DNA from: a bacterium
GTDB lineage: Bacteria > Bacillota > Clostridia > Oscillospirales > CAG-272
Reading direction: 5' to 3'
Assembly (NCBI GenBank): GCA_963628435.1
Contig: CAVGEY010000009.1
Location: 13,631 to 77,630 of the forward strand
DNA: 64,000 bases
In this document: piece by piece, positions 8,090-16,567 of the stretch
Position numbering within the stretch: position 1 is the first letter of the stretch
How the letters are laid out: every line of letters begins with the position of its first letter
Notes under the pieces: model-generated
Told to the model about the DNA's origin: nothing
The model's database searches: none
The model's input: only the letters and a program-made list of their open reading frames with translations
Position numbers and translations under genes: made by a program

Positions 8090-11000
8090 ATGAACAATAG
8101 GAAAGGATTTCGTAAAAACCGTCTGCGTGCCGGCTTTACACTTGTAGAGCTGGTGGTCGCCGTCGCTATTTTGGCGGTGCTTGTAACCGTTACCATGTTT
8201 TCATTGGTTTCGATACGCAAACAGCTTCGCCAGAAGGAGCTTGACAGCAAGGCGGAAACAATCTATGTGAGCGCGATGTGGCGGATGACCGAACTGCGCG
8301 CCTCGGGCTACGAAGTTCTTTATCAGTATACAGACGGCGGCAACGGAGTAAAAAAACTCGGTGTCGTTCCGGTTGACGCGGATTCGAACACCGAACTGCG
8401 CGATGATACGCTCTGTTATATCGAATCGTCGAAGACAGGCGGCGTAACAGGCGAAGCCGCATCCGCACTTCTGCCGGTTGACAGTCTGGATGAGGAACTC
8501 CGCTCAAATCAGTGGCATATAGAATACGATCCCGAAAGCGGAAGTATATACGGTGTATTTTACAGTGAATCGGGCGATATTCCGAATGACGCGGGCGAAC
8601 TTGATAACCTTCGCATAAAAAAACGCAGACTTGCGGCAGGCGCGACCGTCGGCTATTACGGCGGCGACCTCTCTCAGATAGAATCGACCGAATCGCTTTT
8701 CCCCGGTATAACCGTCGAAAATAAAGAAGAACTTACGGCAACATTCTATTGCAATAACCCCACGACAAACGGAAAGCTGACATTCGAGATAACTCTTTCG
8801 GACGGCACAAACAGCTATAAACGCACGATAAAGCATGATGAGCTGACACAGGTAACCGCGCGTACCTATAAATATGTCTGGACGCTCGACAGCTTAAAAT
8901 CGGATGCATCACGCTTCTATGAGCAGACCGAGCATAAACTTGCCTGCGGCACAAAACTGAATATTACGCTTAAAGCAAGCAGTTCGGATACCCTTGTGGA
9001 TGACGTAACCGTCGATACCGCGACAAACAGTCTGTTTGCCTACCGTAAGGAAATGTCATCCGATACCGCAGTGATTTCGTACGCGCGTCATCTGCAGAAT
9101 CTTGACAGTGACTCGCGCGTATCCTCGAAAATCACGAAGGCCGTTCAGATAAGCGATATATCATTCGAAGATAATATAAACGACGACACCGACTGGTACT
9201 CGCTTTACGGTGACGATTTCAAGCCGATTGAAAACGACAGCCTGACCTCTTATGACGGGCAGTCGTCGGCAGGCGATTCTGAACTGTCTACGGCAATTTA
9301 TTCGCTTCATATACAAAACTCGGATAATACCGAGGCGGGACTTTTCCGCACATTCTCCGGCGAAATCAAAAATGTCACGCTGACGGGTACCCGTATCGAT
9401 AAGGGCAGCGATGTCGGCGGACTTGTCGGCAAGGCGGACGGTAAACTGACCGTCGAAAACTGCCGTGTCTACCTGAGTGCGGTAATGGGCGATCTCGATA
9501 ATATCGAAACGGCCGAAGCCGTCGAAGAACTCGAACCGCAGATTTGCGGTGATACCGTCGGCGGACTCATCGGACGCAGCACCGCGTCTGTTTCAATCAA
9601 AAATTCGTTTGCCGCAACCGTTATAAAAGGCAATACATACGCCGGCGGACTTGTCGGAAAGGTTGACGGAAAACTTGCAGCAGCTGACATTTATGCCGAC
9701 TGCTACCTTGTATCGAAGACAACCGGCGGACTTTTCGGCACATCATCAACCGATTCGTCGATTGAAATTGAAAATTTCTACGCCGTCGGCTATCAGTCGG
9801 CATCTGTCGGCGAGGCGGGAATTGTATACGGTAATATCAAATCGGCAAAGAACGGATATTCCGCCTGCAGCTTCACGACATCCGCGGGACTTACCGTCTA
9901 TTCTACCGCAAAATCGGGTGATATGTCGAATGTCTATTACCTTTCGGGCGGAAATTCGGTTGAAGGCAGCTCATATATCTCGTATGAAGAACTGAGCAAA
10001 AACGGCACCGAAAAACTCGGAAATGAGTTTACCGCCAATTCGGGCGATGCCACCTATCCGTATAATCTGCTCGAACAGGGACTTTCCACATATTCTTATC
10101 CTCGACTCTCGACTCTTGACCACTACGGCGACTGGCAGGCCGAATTCGAGTCGGGCAGACTCGTATATTTCGAACGCTATGCCGACGGAAGTTACGGCTT
10201 CGAAGGTGCAAACCTTTCTACTCTTTCAAACAGCAAAGTTGCGGTCGGTGACGGCTATGCGATTGCCTATACATCCGAAACAAGGCCGGACGCGTCTGCT
10301 TCTGTAACCGTTAAATACGGCAAGAATGAGGACAGCCTGACATTTACCGCAGATACACAGTATGAAGTCGTATACGACAATACGACATATTGCCTTGTCC
10401 CGCTTCCGAAGAAAGTGTCCAATCCGACACTTGATAAGTCTGTCGAAAGCTTCTATCAGAAGATTACGGTGGCGGATGACGGCGGCGAAACCGAATATTA
10501 CTATAACCCGTATTTCGCAAAGACGGTCACAACCAATGATAAAACACCCGATGCTCCGTCTGTGATTTATGTCCGTACGGCGCGTCAGCTTTACGCGATG
10601 AGCCTCTACTATAATAAATATGCCGACGAAACATTAAAGAGTACATTCAGTCAGGAACTTGACATCGATTACAGCGGCTACCTCTGGAATGAATATTCGT
10701 CGTCAGCTATCGTAAGACAGGCTCCGATTGACGGCGAAAACGGCTTTGTCGCGGCGTATAACGGAAACTGCCATACAATAACCGGAATATCGATTGAATC
10801 GACCGCCGCCGATACCGGACTTTTCGGAACGGTCGGCTCGAAGGGATCGCTTCAGAATATCTTCCTGACAGGACGTGTCGGTAAAGAATCGGTATCCCGC
10901 CGCACAAATAACGGCGTTGCGGCATACGGCAGCCGTGATTCGTCCGAGATCGGCGCACTTGTCGGCGTCAATAACGGAACGATTACCAACTGCTCTGTGA

Positions 11001-14000
11001 GCGGCTATTCAATCAGCTACTACGGATATAACCGAAATACAGTATATGTCGGCGGACTCGTGGGCGAGAATAACGGCACGATAAGCCGCTGCTCGTCGGA
11101 TGCGTCGGGCATAGAACTTGCCGAACATATTTCGTATGCATACGCAGGCGGATTTGTCGGTAAAAACAGCGGAACTATCGCAAACTGCTATACAACCGGC
11201 CGTATCAGCGTGCTCAGCGCAAAGAGCAGTACGGTTTGGATAGGCGGATTCGCGGGCAATAACGCAAACGGCGTAACGCGTAAATGTTACTCGGCGGTCG
11301 CGCTCGTCTCTTCGGGATCTTCCGAATCTTACGGCTTTGCGCGCATCGGCGGAGCGGTTATAGACTGCCGCTACCTTGACGGCGGTACATATTCGTATGC
11401 CGGAGAGATTTACGCATATAACGCATCTTCCAATACCTTCACAAAGAACGGACTTGCCGCCGGCGTGATGATAACCGGAAGAGAATTGCAAAACCTTAAC
11501 CTTTCGGGCTTTAAGAAAGCCGACAGCTCGAAAAATCACGATGAAACCGGCACGGCATCCGATAATTATCTCTATCCCGCGGTAGTAACCGCAAACGGAA
11601 AGACCGTGCATTTCGGCAACTGGCCGATACAGGAAAATATCGGATCACTCGGCATATTCTATTGGGAATATGAGGATTACGGATCGAATAACGGCTATCA
11701 CTTCAGCTATCTCGGCACCGATAACGGCGAAATGATAAGCGGAAACTCGCTCTGTACCGAACATGATGACGGCGGCGTTGTCACCTCTTACGGCTACGGC
11801 TATTTCTATAAGACAGACGGCGTAAAACCGACCTTTGCCGCATCCGATACAAATCTCGGAAGCATCAGCAGAGAGGCGAGCGAAGAAATCGCCGAACAGA
11901 TGTCCGGATATACCTTTGTCGCATACGTTACGGGTGAGGAAAGCGGCAAACTGCATACCACAAAATATACGCAGAATGTCACATGGACACTGACATATAC
12001 CGACAGAACAACAGGCAGTTCGGTATATACCTATTCGGTATGTCCTTTCTTCGGCAACTCAATCAGCCTTGATTCGCTGAAACTTTCGGGACAGACCGCC
12101 GTCTCAACCGGTAACGCCAAACCCGGTACAAGCGGTAATACCTACGAAATCCGCTCGGAAGCTCAGCTTCAGTTCATAAACTGGAACAGCTATAAGCAGA
12201 CGGCGACATATTCGATTATGAGTTCAAACTATTCGGCAGAATCGAGCGATACGGCAACCCGAACAGAGACAACATATGACTGGTGGGGAAGGCCGAGTAC
12301 AAAAGATGTACCTTATAATATCCCGGTTCGCGACCGCTATCCCTATCTGCTTTCGGGCGACCCCGACAGCACCCCTACAAAGACACTTGATCTTTATTGG
12401 ACGCAGTCGCACGACTTGGACGCATACGCCGAAAACGGAAATAAAAATGTCAATTTCACTCCTATCGGCAGCTTCTATGACAAGAGCGGAAACGCTAGCG
12501 CCGACTCAACCGCATATATTGCCTACTTCCCGTACAAGTATGACGGACAGTCGTATACAATTAAAAATATCGAAATTCATTCCACATGTCAGGCTGTCGG
12601 TCTGTTCGGTGTAACGGCAGGCGCACAGCTGCAGAATATCGTCATGTATTCCGAGTACGGCAACACCATCGAGCATAACTCGAATGAAGCCAACTGGTAT
12701 ACTCTCGGCGGACTTGCAGGACTTGCGGGCAGCCGTAAATCATCGGCAACCGACACTACCGAAAGCTATTTCAAAAACTGCACCGTGTCAGGTTATAATA
12801 TCGTGGACAGTCACTCAAATGACCCCGGCTGGGGCGGCGGATGTGTCGGCGGACTTGTCGGCATGACCAATATGGATATTGAGAACTGTTCGGCTGTCAA
12901 TGATATAAATCTTAAACCTACATATAACCAGGGTTGGAAAAACCTCCGTGTGGGCGGTATCGCGGGTGTTGCACGTGCTACGATCAATTCCTGCTATGCG
13001 GGAGGTTCAATAGTCAGCAATGTAACTCAGAATGACTCGGGCAATCAGAGCACTATGTCTATATGGGTAGGCGGCATTGCAGGCGGTATCGTTGTCCGTA
13101 ACACCGGCAACCTCTCAACGCTTGTCGGATTCTGCAACCGTACTCTTCTTGTCGCTAACTGTTACAGCTTTGTTGATATGCCCGCAGGACCTAAAACACT
13201 CGGACAGACCGGTTATAAGCATGTTCGCGCATCCATGTCGATTGCGTCCAACGGCGAAATGCTGACACCTTCAAACTGGTTTACAAAGACGGGAGCGATA
13301 GGCGTTGCGGCAAGAAATGTCCGCATTTATAACTGCTACGCGCTTGAGAGCAAAATTTCGGAAACCACCGATTACAAAAACTTTAAGAATTATACAAGCT
13401 TTAACGGTACAGATATAGCAACCCTTGACACAAACAGTAATAAAGACCATGTCTATGTTTACAATAACCGCTCAATGTATTTGAGCTTTGACGAGATGGC
13501 CGATGCGGCAACTCTTGCCGGATGGCTCAATACCAAGCAGTCAAACGCCGTATATGATACGTGGACGACCAATGCATATAGGGACAGCCGCGACGATACC
13601 TATACTACTCCGCTTTCGGGCAACTTCTCCACGGTAACGGTAACCGAACACGGCGTTTCGATTGACGGTAAATACAGCTATCCAGGAACAGACAGCTCGC
13701 TTGACGGTATAAACTATCCGTTCCCGACCGTTCTTACACAGACCGACGTTTTCGGAAATACCGTAAATGTTCATTACGGCGCATGGCCGAAATCGGGTAT
13801 ATACTGGGACGAAACATCGGTATCGCTTGATCTCTATTCAAACAGAAAGGCAGGCGACGGCGGAGAAACCGTTCCGCTTGTCTCGGTAAAACTCAGACTC
13901 TACGGCAGCATCAGAAAGACGCTCACAAAGAACGGCATCACAATTCGCGATGATATCGGACAGATTCTCGCTGATGGCGATATCCCGTTTGAGGTTTACT

Positions 14001-14920
14001 CGGTATCCTCCTATGCCGAAGACAGCATCGGCGGTTACTATATCGTAACATTCAGGGGCATAAAAGAGGGCATCGCGGTCGCAATCGCCGAAATCGACGG
14101 ATACGAATCTGATCTGACAATCAACGTTGTCAATGAACTTATAATCGACAGCTCCGACGGAAAGATTTCGCTGAAGTCCGGAGATGAAAAAGAAGTCGAA
14201 TTTACATTCTATGTAAACGGCGACGACGGAAAGCGGCAGATTAAACCCGAATCGGGCAAACTCAGCTGGACTGTTACAATCAAGAGCGGCGATAACGCGG
14301 TAATATGCGGCGATGACAGCGTTACCTATGATGCTGCAAACGGCATACTGAAAATCAATGTGATAGCAAGACTGCTCGAAGATATATCGATGCAGGAGGC
14401 GCATATTTCGGTAAGCTGCACATACGCCTACGGCAGCGGCGAATACGAGAAGATGACCCAAACGGCCGATATAATCGTTGAGGTTGAATCTCCCGATTTC
14501 GTCTGCCTGAAACTCGGCGATTCGGCAAACGGCTACCGCTTCATGCATAGCTATACCGATAGCGACAGACGACCGATCGGAAATCTCTCTTCCGACCTTA
14601 CGGACGGTGACGGACTCTATGTCCGCAGCGAGTATACAACAGTAAACGCTGTCAATATGAGCATATTCACATTTACCGTTGACGGTGAAGAACTTGCGCC
14701 CGACAGCGACGGATATGTACGCCGCTTCTCGGCTGAAAGCGGACAGTATGAAACGGTTGCGAAAATCGTTCTCGGTGAAAAGACTCAAAGCGATAACGGA
14801 TACAGCTACTATTCGGTATCTGTGACAGACTATACACTCACGAGCGATGCGATACTCTCCGCAAGACTTGGCGACACAACGACCGTTTCTGTTACGGTCG
14901 CGGGCAATTCCGGAAATTAA
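8090..14920 (+). CDS. giant modular type IV pilin-like protein: prepilin signal, three GLUG-type repeat blocks and a C-terminal beta-rich (Ig-like) region
   Basis: The N-terminus MNNRKGFRKNRLRAG|FTLVELVVAVAILAVLV has Gly-1, Phe+1 and Glu+5. RBS GGAGGG lies 7 nt before the ATG at 8090; an alternative ATG at 8075 adds 5 aa. It is a single uninterrupted 6.8-kb ORF. Motifs such as VGGLVGKADGKLTVENC, VGGLVGENNGTISRC, AGGFVGKNSGTIANC and VGGIAGVARATINSC recur in three blocks at about nt 9330-9880, 10800-11390 and 12590-13350. Confidence 0.85.
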   Translation: MNNRKGFRKNRLRAGFTLVELVVAVAILAVLVTVTMFSLVSIRKQLRQKELDSKAETIYVSAMWRMTELRASGYEVLYQYTDGGNGVKKLGVVPVDADSNTELRDDTLCYIESSKTGGVTGEAASALLPVDSLDEELRSNQWHIEYDPESGSIYGVFYSESGDIPNDAGELDNLRIKKRRLAAGATVGYYGGDLSQIESTESLFPGITVENKEELTATFYCNNPTTNGKLTFEITLSDGTNSYKRTIKHDELTQVTARTYKYVWTLDSLKSDASRFYEQTEHKLACGTKLNITLKASSSDTLVDDVTVDTATNSLFAYRKEMSSDTAVISYARHLQNLDSDSRVSSKITKAVQISDISFEDNINDDTDWYSLYGDDFKPIENDSLTSYDGQSSAGDSELSTAIYSLHIQNSDNTEAGLFRTFSGEIKNVTLTGTRIDKGSDVGGLVGKADGKLTVENCRVYLSAVMGDLDNIETAEAVEELEPQICGDTVGGLIGRSTASVSIKNSFAATVIKGNTYAGGLVGKVDGKLAAADIYADCYLVSKTTGGLFGTSSTDSSIEIENFYAVGYQSASVGEAGIVYGNIKSAKNGYSACSFTTSAGLTVYSTAKSGDMSNVYYLSGGNSVEGSSYISYEELSKNGTEKLGNEFTANSGDATYPYNLLEQGLSTYSYPRLSTLDHYGDWQAEFESGRLVYFERYADGSYGFEGANLSTLSNSKVAVGDGYAIAYTSETRPDASASVTVKYGKNEDSLTFTADTQYEVVYDNTTYCLVPLPKKVSNPTLDKSVESFYQKITVADDGGETEYYYNPYFAKTVTTNDKTPDAPSVIYVRTARQLYAMSLYYNKYADETLKSTFSQELDIDYSGYLWNEYSSSAIVRQAPIDGENGFVAAYNGNCHTITGISIESTAADTGLFGTVGSKGSLQNIFLTGRVGKESVSRRTNNGVAAYGSRDSSEIGALVGVNNGTITNCSVSGYSISYYGYNRNTVYVGGLVGENNGTISRCSSDASGIELAEHISYAYAGGFVGKNSGTIANCYTTGRISVLSAKSSTVWIGGFAGNNANGVTRKCYSAVALVSSGSSESYGFARIGGAVIDCRYLDGGTYSYAGEIYAYNASSNTFTKNGLAAGVMITGRELQNLNLSGFKKADSSKNHDETGTASDNYLYPAVVTANGKTVHFGNWPIQENIGSLGIFYWEYEDYGSNNGYHFSYLGTDNGEMISGNSLCTEHDDGGVVTSYGYGYFYKTDGVKPTFAASDTNLGSISREASEEIAEQMSGYTFVAYVTGEESGKLHTTKYTQNVTWTLTYTDRTTGSSVYTYSVCPFFGNSISLDSLKLSGQTAVSTGNAKPGTSGNTYEIRSEAQLQFINWNSYKQTATYSIMSSNYSAESSDTATRTETTYDWWGRPSTKDVPYNIPVRDRYPYLLSGDPDSTPTKTLDLYWTQSHDLDAYAENGNKNVNFTPIGSFYDKSGNASADSTAYIAYFPYKYDGQSYTIKNIEIHSTCQAVGLFGVTAGAQLQNIVMYSEYGNTIEHNSNEANWYTLGGLAGLAGSRKSSATDTTESYFKNCTVSGYNIVDSHSNDPGWGGGCVGGLVGMTNMDIENCSAVNDINLKPTYNQGWKNLRVGGIAGVARATINSCYAGGSIVSNVTQNDSGNQSTMSIWVGGIAGGIVVRNTGNLSTLVGFCNRTLLVANCYSFVDMPAGPKTLGQTGYKHVRASMSIASNGEMLTPSNWFTKTGAIGVAARNVRIYNCYALESKISETTDYKNFKNYTSFNGTDIATLDTNSNKDHVYVYNNRSMYLSFDEMADAATLAGWLNTKQSNAVYDTWTTNAYRDSRDDTYTTPLSGNFSTVTVTEHGVSIDGKYSYPGTDSSLDGINYPFPTVLTQTDVFGNTVNVHYGAWPKSGIYWDETSVSLDLYSNRKAGDGGETVPLVSVKLRLYGSIRKTLTKNGITIRDDIGQILADGDIPFEVYSVSSYAEDSIGGYYIVTFRGIKEGIAVAIAEIDGYESDLTINVVNELIIDSSDGKISLKSGDEKEVEFTFYVNGDDGKRQIKPESGKLSWTVTIKSGDNAVICGDDSVTYDAANGILKINVIARLLEDISMQEAHISVSCTYAYGSGEYEKMTQTADIIVEVESPDFVCLKLGDSANGYRFMHSYTDSDRRPIGNLSSDLTDGDGLYVRSEYTTVNAVNMSIFTFTVDGEELAPDSDGYVRRFSAESGQYETVAKIVLGEKTQSDNGYSYYSVSVTDYTLTSDAILSARLGDTTTVSVTVAGNSGN

Positions 14921-14927
14921 AAATAAA

Positions 14928-14965
14928 TCTGTCTTACAGTCGGCGATGTCCGACTGTAAGACAGA
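14928..14965. other. perfect 16-bp stem-loop just after the giant pilin stop codon
   Basis: TCTGTCTTACAGTCGG, loop cgatgt, then CCGACTGTAAGACAGA. There is no U-tract on the plus strand. An A-rich 5' flank would give a U-tract on the minus strand. Confidence 0.5.
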
Positions 14966-15010
14966 CCAAAACACAAAACAAATAACCTGCGAAAGGATAG
15001 GTACATCGGA

Positions 15011-15694
15011 ATGCGGAAAATAATCGGAAAACTGAATAATAAGTCCGGCGCGTCTATGATGATGGCTCTGCTTCTGATGTTTGTCGCCGTGATGGTCAGT
15101 GCGGTAATAATTTCATCGGTAATCAGCGCGACAACTGCAATCCGCAATGACAAGGAACAGCAGCAGGCATATCTGTCGGTCAGCTCTGCGGTCGAACTTA
15201 TCCGTGACGAACTCGATTCGGGCAACTGCGATTATTCGATTGTAACCGTAAAGAAATACACGAGTGATTCCGACAGAACAAATGACAGAAATGGCATAGA
15301 CGGTGGCACCACCGAAAACGAAGGTGACGGCATTTTTTGGGAGATTATAAAGAGCGGCATCGCTTATCTCGATAAGAACCCGACTGCCGCATTTAGTAAA
15401 ACCTACACGATAAACGCCGACGGAGACGATTCTGTCAGTGCCGAAGTCGCGATGAAACTTAACAGCTCCGGAAATTACAGCCTTACTGTATGGTTCACAG
15501 GCGGCGGCAGCGAAAAATACCGTATCTGCATGACCGCGGAGGGAATTAAAGACGGAGATTATGAAGATACAACTACCGAGGAAAAAGATGATTCCGGGTG
15601 GTGGTGGTGGTCAACATCTACTAAATATTATGTCCGTACCACAAGATCATCGATTCAGTGGAAAAACACCCGCGTGACACGTAAGGAGGCTTGA
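15011..15694 (+). CDS. PilX/GspK-like minor pilin (non-canonical prepilin N-terminus)
   Basis: 227 aa. The N-terminus is MRKIIGKLNNKSG|ASMMMALLLMFVAVMVSAVIISSVI: a basic leader, Gly and a hydrophobic helix, but no Glu+5, as in PilX/GspK-type subunits. Contains a WWWW run. Confidence 0.6.
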   Translation: MRKIIGKLNNKSGASMMMALLLMFVAVMVSAVIISSVISATTAIRNDKEQQQAYLSVSSAVELIRDELDSGNCDYSIVTVKKYTSDSDRTNDRNGIDGGTTENEGDGIFWEIIKSGIAYLDKNPTAAFSKTYTINADGDDSVSAEVAMKLNSSGNYSLTVWFTGGGSEKYRICMTAEGIKDGDYEDTTTEEKDDSGWWWWSTSTKYYVRTTRSSIQWKNTRVTRKEA

Positions 15695-15697
15695 CGT

Positions 15698-16006
15698 ATG
15701 AAAAATACGAAAAATATGAAAAAGCTCCGTGATAGAAAAGGCGAAACCCTCATCGAAACATTGACCGCCCTGCTTGTCTGCACGCTTGTGCTGCTTTTCC
15801 TCTCAACCGCGATTTCGGTTGCCGCAAAAATCAATAAAAAAATCAGAGAAACCGATATTTCGTTTAACTACGGCACATCGGATGCCGACATCATAAATGT
15901 CAGAATCATCGATGAAAACAAACAGACCGTCGGCTCGGCAAAAGCATACCGCTATACCGATGATATCGGATATCACTATTATAAAGGGGCAAACGGCAAT
16001 GACTGA
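15698..16006 (+). CDS. minor pilin (prepilin-type N-terminus)
   Basis: 102 aa. The N-terminus is MKNTKNMKKLRDRKG|ETLIETLTALLVCTLVLL, with Gly-1, Glu+5 and an unusual Glu at +1. Confidence 0.7.
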   Translation: MKNTKNMKKLRDRKGETLIETLTALLVCTLVLLFLSTAISVAAKINKKIRETDISFNYGTSDADIINVRIIDENKQTVGSAKAYRYTDDIGYHYYKGANGND

Positions 16007-16478
16007 GGCTAAGATTAAATCGAAAAAGGGCGTTACCCTCGTCGAAATGCTCTGTACCGTCATTGTCCTGCTGCTCATAACATCACTGATGGCAATCGGT
16101 GTGCAGCTCGCCGTGCGCTCACTGCGTACACTTGTTATGGATTCCGAATCGCAGGTGCTCTGCTCGACAATCAGAGCATCGGTCAGCGATGAATTGCGAT
16201 ATTCGGGAACGACAACGGTAATCGGCGGAAAAATCGGCTTCTTCAGCCAAAATTACGGAGAGAATGTCGAATATTCGACAAATGAAGACGGACAGGTAAC
16301 TCTCGGCGGCAACAAAATTCTCTCGTCAAAATCATATACTTACGATATGAGAGCGTCGGTAACTCTTAAATCATACGACAACTCATCGAAAACTTTCGGC
16401 GTATCGGTAAAAGTTACCGATTCGGACGGTAATCTGCTCGCAAGCTCCGATTTTCAGGTTCGGCGGCTCAATAGCTGA
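15999..16478 (+). CDS. minor pilin (prepilin-type N-terminus)
   Basis: The track ORF begins at 15897. The ATG at 15999 overlaps the previous stop (ATGACTGA) and gives MTEAKIKSKKG|VTLVEMLCTVIVLLL with Gly-1 and Glu+5. 159 aa. Confidence 0.7.
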   Translation: MTEAKIKSKKGVTLVEMLCTVIVLLLITSLMAIGVQLAVRSLRTLVMDSESQVLCSTIRASVSDELRYSGTTTVIGGKIGFFSQNYGENVEYSTNEDGQVTLGGNKILSSKSYTYDMRASVTLKSYDNSSKTFGVSVKVTDSDGNLLASSDFQVRRLNS

Positions 16479-16567
16479 AAGCGTCCTGTTTTCTCCCGCT
16501 TTTTGTTTTACCATCGCAAAAGATGGATTCAAATACGCTTTTTTGACTTTTTATTTGACCTTGAAAG

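Noticed and set aside
13838-14974. 378-aa minus-strand ORF inside the 3' part of the giant pilin gene.
   Set aside because: It is antisense to a 6.8-kb ORF with clear protein features. Its composition is Cys/Ile/Phe/Arg-rich and implausible, there is no RBS, and it crosses the terminator hairpin. It is a shadow ORF.
15897-15998. Longer version of the last minor-pilin ORF, starting at 15897.
   Set aside because: It would overlap the preceding gene by 110 nt and bury the prepilin leader 45 aa inside the protein. The ATG at 15999 gives a canonical short basic leader and a coupled ATGA-type junction.
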